Shown here in pieces: positions 23,427 through 31,781 of a stretch of 32,000 nt of DNA. Below the pieces are notes generated by a model. The model saw nothing but the letters and a program-made list of their open reading frames with translations, had not been told where the DNA came from and searched no databases. Within the stretch, counting starts at the first letter, position 1. Each line of letters starts with the position of its first letter. Both the position numbers and the translations under genes were made by a program. The stretch is from NCBI GenBank assembly GCA_027460535.1, contig JAPZAR010000034.1:1945-33944 (forward strand). The letters are read 5' to 3'. The DNA is from Candidatus Methanoperedens sp. (GTDB lineage: Archaea > Halobacteriota > Methanosarcinia > Methanosarcinales > Methanoperedenaceae).

Positions 23427-23774
23427 TCAGAGGTTCTTATTTCTCCCAACCAGTATTTTTATCTCTTTTTTCAATTCAGGAATATCTTTTCTTACGGTGT
23501 CCCAAACAGCATCCAAATCCACACCAAGATAATCATGGACCAGCTTATCTCTCATCCCAGCCATTTTCCTCCATGGTATATCCGGATATTTTTCTCTCAT
23601 CTCGGTGGATACTCTTTTTGTGGCTTCCCCTACTATTTCAATCTGCCTTACGACACCATCTTGAACCAGATTATTATCCATAAAATCGTCATAGTCCAGG
23701 TCTATGGTATATTCCTCGATTCGGGATATAGCATCCAGAATGTGTCTTAAATAAACAATATCATCTTTCTTCAT
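23427..23774 (-). CDS. hepT: HepT (DUF86/HEPN) toxin, second copy
   Basis: 115 aa. MRDKLVHDY carries Rx4HxY. Its ATG overlaps the MNT stop (ATGA at 23771-23774). Confidence 0.85.
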   Translation of the reverse strand: MKKDDIVYLRHILDAISRIEEYTIDLDYDDFMDNNLVQDGVVRQIEIVGEATKRVSTEMREKYPDIPWRKMAGMRDKLVHDYLGVDLDAVWDTVRKDIPELKKEIKILVGRNKNL

Positions 23775-24055
23775 TCGTAAATTACCTTCATCTCCTTTTT
23801 TATCCTGTCAATCAAGTAAGGACTAATGGACTTTTCAGTCAGCAAATCGACTTTCATACCAAGTGCATCGGAGAGATCCTGCTCTATTCCCACGAGATCG
23901 AGCAGACTTTTCCTCTCTGAAAATTCGACAAGGATATCTATGTCGCTTTTTGGCCTCTCTTCGTCTGTTGCGTAAGAGCCAAAGATGGCTACCTTTTTTA
24001 CGCCGTATTTTTTAATGAGAGAGATGATCTTTTTAAAGAGGGCTTCTTTGTTCAT
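23771..24055 (-). CDS. mntA: MNT-type nucleotidyltransferase antitoxin, second copy
   Basis: 94 aa. AIFGSYATDEERPKSDIDILVEF carries GSX10DXD. Confidence 0.85.
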   Translation of the reverse strand: MNKEALFKKIISLIKKYGVKKVAIFGSYATDEERPKSDIDILVEFSERKSLLDLVGIEQDLSDALGMKVDLLTEKSISPYLIDRIKKEMKVIYE

Positions 24056-24107
24056 TTTCCTTTACCGCCCTACAATGTTATCCATAAATTTTCATATCTG
24101 TTTCTTC

Positions 24108-24122
24108 AACTATTTAATAGTT
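24108..24122. promoter_or_regulatory. Palindrome/TATA-like element upstream of the second MNT-HepT operon
   Basis: In AACTATTTAATAGTT the arms AACTAT and ATAGTT are reverse complements. It lies 53-67 nt upstream of the MNT ATG (24055). It is a candidate promoter and/or autoregulatory operator. Confidence 0.3.
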
Positions 24123-24237
24123 AAATCGAATACTTCGCAATCAAGATTGGCATCGGAAGATGCGCCTATGTCTTTTTTCTTTAAGCCTCCTAATGAATAA
24201 GTATTCGGCTTCCTTTTCAATTGATTGGCATTGGCCA

Positions 24238-26517
24238 TTAAATTTTCTTCTCCCTTGCCGCCTTCAGCATCAGCTGCATCTCAGTCCTGGCTACCATCTC
24301 GCGCACAGCCTCCACTGCATCGATATTTGCAGAAATGCTCGTTATCCCAAGCTCCACAAGTCTCTTAGCCACCTTGGGATTGCTCCCTGCCTGCCCGCAG
24401 ATGCTGGTCTTTACGCCCGCCTTGTTGCACTCCACAATAACAAGCTCGATGAGTTTCATAATAGCAGGATGCATCTCATTATACAGATGCGCAACGTGCT
24501 CGTTGTTCCTGTCCACAGCAAGTGTGTATTGCGTGAGGTCGTTTGTGCCAAAGCTCACGAAATCAAGACCTTCAGCTATGAACTGGTCGATTATAAGCGC
24601 TGCTGCAGGTATCTCCACCATTATACCAATATCGGTCTTGTTGAAATCTATCCCTCTTTCGCTCATGAATACCTTGGCCCTCCGCAGCTCCGAAGGATGC
24701 TGAACAAGGGGGATCATAATACCCATATTATTATAGCCGCGTTTGATCAATTCCTTGAATGCTCTCACCTCAAGCTCGAAGTGTTCGGTATCAATAAGAT
24801 CGCGCCTGATGCCGCGGTAACCCAGCATAGGATTAGGCTCGATGGGTTCGCCTTCTCCGCCTTCCATTGCCCTGAACTCATCGGTGGGTGCGTCAAGTGT
24901 TCTTACCCAGACAGGTTTTGGATAGAATGCATCCACCACGGTCTGGATACGTGAGACAAGTTCGTTGACATATTCATCGGCTTTCCCTTCCTTGATATAC
25001 TGTTTGGGGTGCTTTGGAAGCCCGAGTATCATGTGCTCAATGCGCAGGAGCCCAACGCCGTCAGCCTGAGTCTCCACAGCACGCTGGGTAGCTTCGGGAA
25101 TGGAGACGTTCACTTTTACTTCTGTTGCGGTGATAGGTTTTTGTCTGGCAAAAGATACCGCCGTCTTCTCAGGCTGTGTAACATGTGCGGCAATCTCCTT
25201 CTTGCCTTCGAACACAAGCCCTTTCTCCCCATCCACCGTTATTTTCATGCCATCTGACAATAACTGAGTTGCCTTTCGTGTTCCAACTACTGCGGGACAG
25301 CCCAGTTCCCGCGATACTATAGCTGCATGGCATGTCATGCCACCTTCATCTGTTACGATCGCTGCGGCGCGTTTCATAGCCGGGACCATATCAGGCGTGG
25401 TCATGACAGCAACGAGAATGTCGCCCTCCTTGACCTTTCCAAGCTCGCTTGCATCAGAAACGAGTTTCGCCTCGCCATAAGCGATTCCCGGAGAAGCTCC
25501 CAACCCTTCAAGTATGGCCTGGGTTGCCAGTTTTTCTTTCGCTTCTTTTTTCTTCTTTATAGTGGTTATTGGCCTTGACTGGAGCATGTAGATTTCCTTG
25601 TTCTTTATCGCCCATTCCACATCCTGGGGGATGCCGTAAAGGTCCTCCACGACATCTCCGAGTTCAACGAGTTTCAATATCTCATCATCATCAAGCACCT
25701 TTGCGTTTTTCTTCTCTTCAGGCACAGGGAGCTCCACTGTTTTATCGGTTCTTGGGTCTCTGATGTGCATTATGTTTTTTATGGCAATTTTGCGCTCCAG
25801 GATTTTCTTATTGACTTTATCAATAACGTAATAGTCCGGGGAAACAGAGCCAGAGACCACGCTCTCGCCGAGCCCCCATGCGCCTTCGATAATCGTCAGC
25901 GGTTCTCCAGTGGAAGGATGCGATGAGAACATTACCCCTGCTTTTTCTGCGTCGACCATGAGCTGGATTACGGCACAGAGGTTCACTTTTCTGTGGTCAA
26001 AACCCTGTTTTACACGGTAATATATCGCCCGCGCCCCATATAGTGAAGCCCAGCATTTCTTGACCGCTTCAACTACATTCGTTTCGCCTTTGATATTAAG
26101 AAACGTATCCTGCTGACCCGCGAAACTTGCATCGGGCAGGTCCTCAGCTGTGGCACTTGACCTCACTGCCACAAAAACCTCGCTCCCTTCCCGTTTGCAA
26201 AGTTCCCTGTATCTTGCCCTGATGGTTTTTTCAATATCGGGAGGTATTTTTGCTCCCATAATTATTTTTTTTGCATTTTTCTCGGCTTCTCTCAGTATGG
26301 CAGCATCATCAACATTTACTTCGAGTGATTTGAAAAGTTCTTCATTGACCCCATTTTCATCGATGAATCGCCTGAAAGCCTGCGCTGTTACTGCAAATCC
26401 CCGCGGGACAGGAAGCTCAGCATGTAACATTTCCCCTAAACTTGCACCTTTGCCGCCCACTATCGCTATATCCTCTTTCCCAACCTCTTCGAGCCATACA
26501 ACTGTGTCATTTACCAT
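24238..26517 (-). CDS. ppsA: Phosphoenolpyruvate synthase (pyruvate, water dikinase)
   Basis: 759 aa. It has the N-terminal PPDK-type ATP-grasp (VGGKGASLGEM), the phosphohistidine swivel GGMTCHAAIVSRELG and a C-terminal PEP-utilising TIM barrel (FVSFGTNDLTQYTLAVDR). Confidence 0.95.
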   Translation of the reverse strand: MVNDTVVWLEEVGKEDIAIVGGKGASLGEMLHAELPVPRGFAVTAQAFRRFIDENGVNEELFKSLEVNVDDAAILREAEKNAKKIIMGAKIPPDIEKTIRARYRELCKREGSEVFVAVRSSATAEDLPDASFAGQQDTFLNIKGETNVVEAVKKCWASLYGARAIYYRVKQGFDHRKVNLCAVIQLMVDAEKAGVMFSSHPSTGEPLTIIEGAWGLGESVVSGSVSPDYYVIDKVNKKILERKIAIKNIMHIRDPRTDKTVELPVPEEKKNAKVLDDDEILKLVELGDVVEDLYGIPQDVEWAIKNKEIYMLQSRPITTIKKKKEAKEKLATQAILEGLGASPGIAYGEAKLVSDASELGKVKEGDILVAVMTTPDMVPAMKRAAAIVTDEGGMTCHAAIVSRELGCPAVVGTRKATQLLSDGMKITVDGEKGLVFEGKKEIAAHVTQPEKTAVSFARQKPITATEVKVNVSIPEATQRAVETQADGVGLLRIEHMILGLPKHPKQYIKEGKADEYVNELVSRIQTVVDAFYPKPVWVRTLDAPTDEFRAMEGGEGEPIEPNPMLGYRGIRRDLIDTEHFELEVRAFKELIKRGYNNMGIMIPLVQHPSELRRAKVFMSERGIDFNKTDIGIMVEIPAAALIIDQFIAEGLDFVSFGTNDLTQYTLAVDRNNEHVAHLYNEMHPAIMKLIELVIVECNKAGVKTSICGQAGSNPKVAKRLVELGITSISANIDAVEAVREMVARTEMQLMLKAAREKKI

Positions 26518-26950
26518 ATTTTTTCTCCTTTAACGACTTTTGAATTTTATTGAGTTTTTTATCGTAACTTTCAATTGCTATTTTTACCAAGAAAGGCAGT
26601 TTTTCACGGGAAAAGCCAAATTCCTTTACAATATTTTCAAGAAAATAAACGTCGATCTCCTTATGTTGTGCCCTCTCTACCCTGATTGCCTCGATCAAAG
26701 CCACTGTTTTAATAAAATTTTTCACAAACTCAAAGGTTGGTGTCACACTACCGTTTTCAATCCGCGATATAGATTCGCGGCGGAGATTCATTAATTCTCC
26801 AAGTTCTACCTGAGTCATATCATATCTCATCCTGTATTCACGTATCACGTCGCCTGAGTCAGAGTTCAGGATGATCTCAGATGCGATCTCCTTTTCAAAA
26901 GAAACCAGCCACTCCGGGATGTATAAAATGGTTTTAGATGCAGCCTTCAA
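26507..26950 (-). CDS. XRE-family helix-turn-helix transcriptional regulator
   Basis: 147 aa. The HTH_3 pattern is MTQVELGELMNLRRESISRIENGSVTPTFEFV. The start is a TTG at 26950 with GGAGGA just upstream. Its 3' end overlaps the ppsA start by 11 nt. Confidence 0.75.
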   Translation of the reverse strand: MKAASKTILYIPEWLVSFEKEIASEIILNSDSGDVIREYRMRYDMTQVELGELMNLRRESISRIENGSVTPTFEFVKNFIKTVALIEAIRVERAQHKEIDVYFLENIVKEFGFSREKLPFLVKIAIESYDKKLNKIQKSLKEKKYGK

Positions 26951-26961
26951 CTATCCTCCAA

Positions 26962-26990
26962 ATAAATGTTACATATTTAGTCACATTTAT
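26962..26990. promoter_or_regulatory. Inverted repeat (candidate operator) just upstream of the XRE gene
   Basis: ATAAATGT (26962-26969) and ACATTTAT (26983-26990) are exact reverse complements separated by 13 nt. The near arm is 12 nt from the TTG start. Confidence 0.35.
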
Positions 26991-27063
26991 CATTTGCATT
27001 ATGAGGCATGGTTATTATTTAAGAGTTTCTACCCTTTTTCATAAAATAACATGATTTATAGTG

Positions 27064-27675
27064 TCACATCTTTTTACGATTGCTCTTATGAACTTGAGAA
27101 CTACCCTTCGACAATCTAATATTTTCATCCATGATCCCCCTGAATATCAGGTCCTTCTTAACTGCCTTCCTTGCTTCATCGAGTTGCTGTTCAAGCTCCT
27201 GTAGTTTTTCCCCCAGCGTTTCCATTTCAATATCTTTCTTTTCCAGTTCCTGTTCAAGATTTTTGATAGTAACTTCTTGCCGCTGTATTGTGTAAGCCAT
27301 CTTTCCCTTTTTGCTTCGGTTCCCTTCAAGATACCCTGCCCTTGGCTTTTTCTTTTTTGTATCAGCAGGCTCGGAAACAGCTTTTCCTGGACGAGCGTTC
27401 AGGAAAGGTTTGTTTATATGCCTTCCTGATATCCTTTCTATAAAGAACATAGACTCTCCATGCTCTTGCGCTGAAAGCGTCCAGGTGGGTCCATTGTAGC
27501 GTTTTTCCTTATTCGCAAGTTCGAATAATTTTTTGGCAACGTCCCCGCTTATCCAGCCAAGGCTCTCATAGTAGTCAAGCAATCTTTGGAGGTTGTTATG
27601 GCCTACCCTCTCCAGCATAAAGAGAAGCCATTTACGCTGTAGGTATTTTGTGGAGTCGTCAAGTTCTTGCAGCAT
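27064..27675 (-). CDS. FlaD/FlaE (ArlD/E)-domain protein with a basic linker and a C-terminal coiled coil
   Basis: 203 aa. The N-terminal KWLLFMLERVGHNNLQRLLDYYESLGWISGDVAKKLFELA...TWTLSAQEHGESMFFIERISG matches the Arch_fla_DE domain as I remember it. It continues with KKKKPRAGYLEGNRSKKGK and the heptad region IKNLEQELEKKDIEMETLGEKLQELEQQLDEARKA. Its ATG directly follows the actin gene's TAA. Confidence 0.7.
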   Translation of the reverse strand: MLQELDDSTKYLQRKWLLFMLERVGHNNLQRLLDYYESLGWISGDVAKKLFELANKEKRYNGPTWTLSAQEHGESMFFIERISGRHINKPFLNARPGKAVSEPADTKKKKPRAGYLEGNRSKKGKMAYTIQRQEVTIKNLEQELEKKDIEMETLGEKLQELEQQLDEARKAVKKDLIFRGIMDENIRLSKGSSQVHKSNRKKM

Positions 27676-28866
27676 TTACGTGGTTTGCCAGAACTCTTTC
27701 GGCATATCGATTGCCATCTTTAATGCACCAGCCGCGCCTCCGAACACCGGGTCCCGGGTTTTGAGGACCTTGCATCCCCCGATCAATTCCAGTTCATGTT
27801 CCAGGACAGTATCAAGATTTCTTATCTGGCTTCCTCCCCCTGCAATATATAAATTTGAGCGCAGCTCATCCTGGAATTCAGGATCGTAGGTTGATATAAG
27901 CCTGGAAATCCCGCTCACGATATCAGGCAATATGGATTCGCATGCCCTCCTCATCTCCTGTGTGATGGAAAGCTTCAGCACTGAGGCGGCTCTCGGCACT
28001 TCCACTATGATCTCCTCATCAGGATTGCCAACAAAAGAGTACTTCTCCTTCCACAACCTGGCCATTTCCCGGGTGACCCTGAGCTTTGTATGGTTTTTTG
28101 TTACAAGCTTAACAAATTCCCTGTCTATGAAGTCGCCAGCTTTGGTGCTGCTTATCTGATCTTCCGGGTTCGGTCGCGCGCCATGCACCCTGCATAGATC
28201 CGTGGTAGCTGCCCCGATATCCACAATCAATGAATGTTCAAATTTTCCTAAATTGTACGCAACACAGAGCGGTTCGCTCGCCACCATTATCCCATCAAAG
28301 AAATCTTTAGCCATTTCGGGTATGATTTTTTTATTTTGTACGCTTGCCTGGGCAGGGACTCCTATGATGGCATATTTTCTTACATCCCTATCCGCATTGA
28401 CCGATCTGAGTACGAATTCGACTAATCCTTTAGCCGCCTCGATGCTCTTTCTCTGGATTTTCAAAACCCCTCTCTCGATCGGCCTGTAAAGTTTGAGGGC
28501 ATCTCTGTGCTTAAGTGCTTCTTCCCCGAAAAGGTGCTCCTTCTTTAAAAACTTAGATGCCACCGCATCCTTTGGAGCGCCCACAATGCTCAGAATGCTG
28601 TTCTTCTTGCCGTCGCTCGTAGAGATAGCAGTGTGATTTGTACCCAGATCGATCCCTATGAATAGGTTCTTTTTCTCATTCACCCCTGATACATTCGATC
28701 TCCGGATTTTTTTCTTATATGCCAAATTGTATTCCTCATTATTATAATGAACTAAGAAAAGTACACTCTGCTTAAATATATAGTTTACGTGACATAAGTC
28801 TCTTGCTGGATAATTTGAATCCTCAAACCCGGTTGGGCAGTTATAGACCGGAATATTCATGAACAA
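27676..28866 (-). CDS. Actin-fold (ASKHA) cytomotive ATPase, MamK/ParM/MreB-like
   Basis: It has the phosphate-1 motif FIGIDLGTNHTAI, the phosphate-2 motif LIVDIGAATTDL and the adenosine motif LYIAGGGSQIRNL. The track start (TTG at 28866) adds about 60 non-conserved residues, and a TATA-like ACTATATATTTAAG lies inside that extension. An in-frame GTG at 28683 (VNEKKNLFIGIDLGT) or TTG at 28725 is more plausible. Confidence 0.85.
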   Translation of the reverse strand: MFMNIPVYNCPTGFEDSNYPARDLCHVNYIFKQSVLFLVHYNNEEYNLAYKKKIRRSNVSGVNEKKNLFIGIDLGTNHTAISTSDGKKNSILSIVGAPKDAVASKFLKKEHLFGEEALKHRDALKLYRPIERGVLKIQRKSIEAAKGLVEFVLRSVNADRDVRKYAIIGVPAQASVQNKKIIPEMAKDFFDGIMVASEPLCVAYNLGKFEHSLIVDIGAATTDLCRVHGARPNPEDQISSTKAGDFIDREFVKLVTKNHTKLRVTREMARLWKEKYSFVGNPDEEIIVEVPRAASVLKLSITQEMRRACESILPDIVSGISRLISTYDPEFQDELRSNLYIAGGGSQIRNLDTVLEHELELIGGCKVLKTRDPVFGGAAGALKMAIDMPKEFWQTT

Positions 28867-28931
28867 TTCCGAAATCTATATTAAGCAGGACTAAAAAACA
28901 GTATGCAGGATAGATAAGAAGTGCATTTCCA

Positions 28932-29306
28932 TTGAACACATATACCTTGTACAGATACATAGAATTTCTAATGTTTGCATTATATTTGATTTTCATTTTC
29001 TATTCTATTCAAATCTGGTTCTTATGGAAGGATATAGATAAAAACAAATTAACATTAAATACCTTTGTCAGTGATTCATTTTTTAAGAAAAATTGCCTTT
29101 ATGTCTTCCTTTTCAGTATATTTTTTATGATCCATGAATTTTTTGAAGGGATAAGTCTCGCGGATTCCGTGGTATATTTTGAGTTTTTTGATATGCTTGC
29201 AGTTTTCGGGTTATTATTGTTCGCACATCAGTGGTATACGGTGTTAAAAGCATGCGCAAGTAAAAAATCTCTGCCAAAAGAGTTGATTGACTCTATCAAG
29301 CAGTAA
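28932..29306 (+). CDS. Small polytopic membrane protein
   Basis: 124 aa with three hydrophobic helices. The start is a TTG, with an internal ATG at codon 14. Divergent from the actin-like gene. AT-rich. Confidence 0.45.
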   Translation: MNTYTLYRYIEFLMFALYLIFIFYSIQIWFLWKDIDKNKLTLNTFVSDSFFKKNCLYVFLFSIFFMIHEFFEGISLADSVVYFEFFDMLAVFGLLLFAHQWYTVLKACASKKSLPKELIDSIKQ

Positions 29307-29391
29307 ATTGTTTTCAAAAGAAATTCCCCTTTGCATTCGGTACTTATTTATACAGGGCTCATAATAACAATAAGTCGGACTGATATCAAAA

Positions 29392-30039
29392 ATGATTATA
29401 GTCAGTGAAGACGAAGATGATAGCGACTCTAGTCCGTTGTTTTTTTTAAGGCAGCCAGTGCAGGAAAGCGTACTTAATATAACCCATGACTACCGGTATT
29501 TGAGGATGGGATATTATGTATCTGCTCATGCGGAAACCTTTGGAGTAGAAGTCACACCAAGCTGTACGGAAATAATGGATGCATACCGGAATCCACTTTT
29601 GATCGAGAAAGCGAGAAGGAATGGGTTGCGAACCAATGGTTACAGGCTGATAACTAAGCCAAAGGATGATTTGGCCACCCCTGCCCTTTTATTCGCCGTA
29701 AATCCTTTTACGAACAACTCGATGAAAGTCGTGAAGTCAGGTTCAAGATTACCGGGCATTATAAAGAAAATGAGCTTTGACGCCAGGTTTCCTGTTTCAC
29801 TGCATCCTCTCACTGGAGAAGTCCTGGAAATAATCCAGATGTTCGGGGAATCGAATAACGATGAGACATCGGAATTTGCGAAGAAATTTTTTGAGGTATT
29901 CAATATTCCGATATGCAAGTTGGTCGTTCAGGTAGATGACGGACAGGTTGTTTTGAATCACTGCGAACCTGCCATGAAAAAAGAAGTAAAGTGGGATATC
30001 GTGCATGAGAAAGTGCTCGAAATAAGAAGGAAAAATTAA
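29392..30039 (+). CDS. RLAN (RimK-like ATP-grasp N-terminal) domain protein
   Basis: 215 aa. YRYLRMGYYVSAHAETFGVEVTPS resembles the RLAN core (Y.s.GYY.SLLAEARG..v.Ps) that is usually fused in front of RimK-like ligases. The ATP-grasp gene follows 35 nt downstream. Confidence 0.7.
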   Translation: MIIVSEDEDDSDSSPLFFLRQPVQESVLNITHDYRYLRMGYYVSAHAETFGVEVTPSCTEIMDAYRNPLLIEKARRNGLRTNGYRLITKPKDDLATPALLFAVNPFTNNSMKVVKSGSRLPGIIKKMSFDARFPVSLHPLTGEVLEIIQMFGESNNDETSEFAKKFFEVFNIPICKLVVQVDDGQVVLNHCEPAMKKEVKWDIVHEKVLEIRRKN

Positions 30040-30074
30040 CCGCCATTTCCATTTTCCGGAGACTTAGTCAAATA

Positions 30075-30944
30075 ATGAGGATAGCATGTTTTGTCGAAGC
30101 ATATAATTTTCTTGATAAATCTGAACGCAAAGCCCTTTCAAAGTTTGAATCGACCGCGGAAGCCTTGGGGCATGAATTTGAATTTATCTATAAGGAACAG
30201 ATCTCACAAATAAATAAGTACGATGCGCTGTTCATAAGGGCGACAACAGACCCGAGCAACGCAGCCTACATCGTTTCAAGACTTGCTGAGCAAGCAGGTC
30301 TGAGGGTGATCGATGACCCGCATTCCATAAGGACATGTTCGAACAAGGCAATACTTCATGATATTTTCCTCAGGAATAAGATTCCTTCGCCAGGATCTCT
30401 TTTATTTATGGGAGATTATTCGAGGGAAGCTCTTGATAATATCTTTGGAACACTGGGATTCCCTGTAATTATAAAAACACCCTATACCCGTTTCTCATCC
30501 CATGTCGAAAAAGCGGAGAATGAAGCCGAATTTATTGAGATTTCAAGACATCTCCTCCGGAAATCCAGGGTTCTGGTTCTGCAGGAATATGTTCACTCCG
30601 ATTTCGACTGGCGTGTCGGGGTGCTCAAGAACGAAATACTCTATCTTTGTAAATACTGCATTCCCAGAGGCGGGTGGAAAGTAAAATCAAAGATAAATGG
30701 GAGATACGTGTGGGGAGAGACTATTGCCCTGCCAAGGGACTCAATATCCCCGGAATTAAAAGACATATGCATTTCCCTATCCAGGTGTGTTGGAGATAGT
30801 CTGTATGGCCTGGATGTCAAAGAAACAAATGATGGTTACAGGGTTATAGAAATAAATGATAATCCAAGCATTTATGCCGGGAATGAAGATAAAGTGAATA
30901 CGGATATCTATGAAAAGATAATCAATGCTCTCGCAGGTCTTTAA
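30075..30944 (+). CDS. RimK-family ATP-grasp ligase (carboxylate-amine/peptide ligase)
   Basis: 289 aa with ATP-grasp segments FPVIIKTPYTRFSSHVEKA, VLVLQEYVHSDFDWRVGVL and GDSLYGLDVKETNDGYRVIEINDNPS. The last is typical of the RLAN-associated RimK subgroup. Confidence 0.85.
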   Translation: MRIACFVEAYNFLDKSERKALSKFESTAEALGHEFEFIYKEQISQINKYDALFIRATTDPSNAAYIVSRLAEQAGLRVIDDPHSIRTCSNKAILHDIFLRNKIPSPGSLLFMGDYSREALDNIFGTLGFPVIIKTPYTRFSSHVEKAENEAEFIEISRHLLRKSRVLVLQEYVHSDFDWRVGVLKNEILYLCKYCIPRGGWKVKSKINGRYVWGETIALPRDSISPELKDICISLSRCVGDSLYGLDVKETNDGYRVIEINDNPSIYAGNEDKVNTDIYEKIINALAGL

Positions 30945-31404
30945 TGAGATGCAGTGCGTCATCTCCGTTTTTATAGTATTTCCTGAGTACTTTATCCACG
31001 GAAAAACCTTTAGAGAGGTATAGATTCTGGGCAGCTTTGTTAGTTATCCCCACTTCAAGCGTTAATTTTTTGAAATCCCTTTTTTTCAAAAATTCCAGGG
31101 AAGTGTCCATGAGCAAGCTTGCCAGACCTTTCCGCCTGAAATCAGGATGAACGTTCAATGAATAGATCCTTGCATGATGGATAGTACTTCTCAATAAGAC
31201 GATCATCGAACCGATGATTCTACCGTCGATCGATGCTACTAACACAAGAGACCTGGCTTTTTGCAAAAGATATCTCAATTGGTTCTTATTGAATGTTTCC
31301 TCTTTAAAACATATTTTCTCAAGATCGAATAAGGCCTCAAAATCCTCTTTTTTCGCTATGCGTAAATCTGCTTTCAAGGAACTGCCACTTTCGATCTTAC
31401 GCAC
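30922..31404 (-). CDS. GNAT-family N-acetyltransferase (RimI-like)
   Basis: It has the acetyl-CoA motif VHPDFRRKGLASLLM, then LTLEVGITNKAAQNLYLSKGF. The track start is a GTG at 31404. An in-frame TTG at 31377 would give a TTGA junction with the upstream gene. Its 3' end overlaps the ATP-grasp 3' end by 23 nt, convergently. Confidence 0.85.
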   Translation of the reverse strand: MRKIESGSSLKADLRIAKKEDFEALFDLEKICFKEETFNKNQLRYLLQKARSLVLVASIDGRIIGSMIVLLRSTIHHARIYSLNVHPDFRRKGLASLLMDTSLEFLKKRDFKKLTLEVGITNKAAQNLYLSKGFSVDKVLRKYYKNGDDALHLIKDLREH

Positions 31405-31781
31405 TCCTGCACTTGTTTTACAACTTCAGGATAATCGCCAAAAATCAGGCCAAGATCTACAGTACCCACAACATCTACTACCCCGAGGGCAGCTATCCCA
31501 TAACCCTCTTTATTCCTTACAGGAACTACAACTACTGGAATTCCAGTGTATTTGCCGCTTGTAGGAATTGCGCGGATTATCTTATTCTCTTTTAAAACCA
31601 TTTCAAGTATTGGGCCGGTATATTTACTGTCCAGGATTTTCCCTTTCTCCACCCGGACCCCCTTCTTCTGGAGACTTCTCATGGTTACCGGAAGTCCTAA
31701 GAGTTCATGAACCGCCATTGCAAAAGGTGCGATTTCTTCGGCGTCCGAATCCGCAGAAATCTGTATTCTTGTGAAATCCAT
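31374..31781 (-). CDS. Conserved-looking hypothetical protein (135 aa)
   Basis: ATG at 31781. Its composition is that of a compact globular protein (GIPVVVVPVRNKEGYGIAALGVVDVVGTVDLG). I cannot name the family with confidence. It lies directly upstream of, and is probably co-transcribed with, the GNAT gene. Confidence 0.6.
   Translation of the reverse strand: MDFTRIQISADSDAEEIAPFAMAVHELLGLPVTMRSLQKKGVRVEKGKILDSKYTGPILEMVLKENKIIRAIPTSGKYTGIPVVVVPVRNKEGYGIAALGVVDVVGTVDLGLIFGDYPEVVKQVQECVRSKVAVP

Noticed and set aside
24160-26533. Plus-strand ORFs inside ppsA (24160..24954 at 264 aa, 24335..24703, 25009..25257, 25327..25578, 25569..25763, 26150..26533)
   Set aside because: They are antisense to a full-length, motif-complete PEP synthase. 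Their translations are Ser/Leu/Cys/His-rich, as expected for reverse frames.
28684-28866. The 61-codon N-terminal extension of the actin-like ORF (TTG start at 28866)
   Set aside because: It is AT-rich and unlike any actin N-terminus, and it contains a TATA-like box. The conserved phosphate-1 motif begins right after an in-frame GTG at 28683. I kept the outer coordinates in the feature and flagged the start as doubtful. I also looked here for iterated parC-like centromere repeats and found only weak ones (GCAGGA twice).
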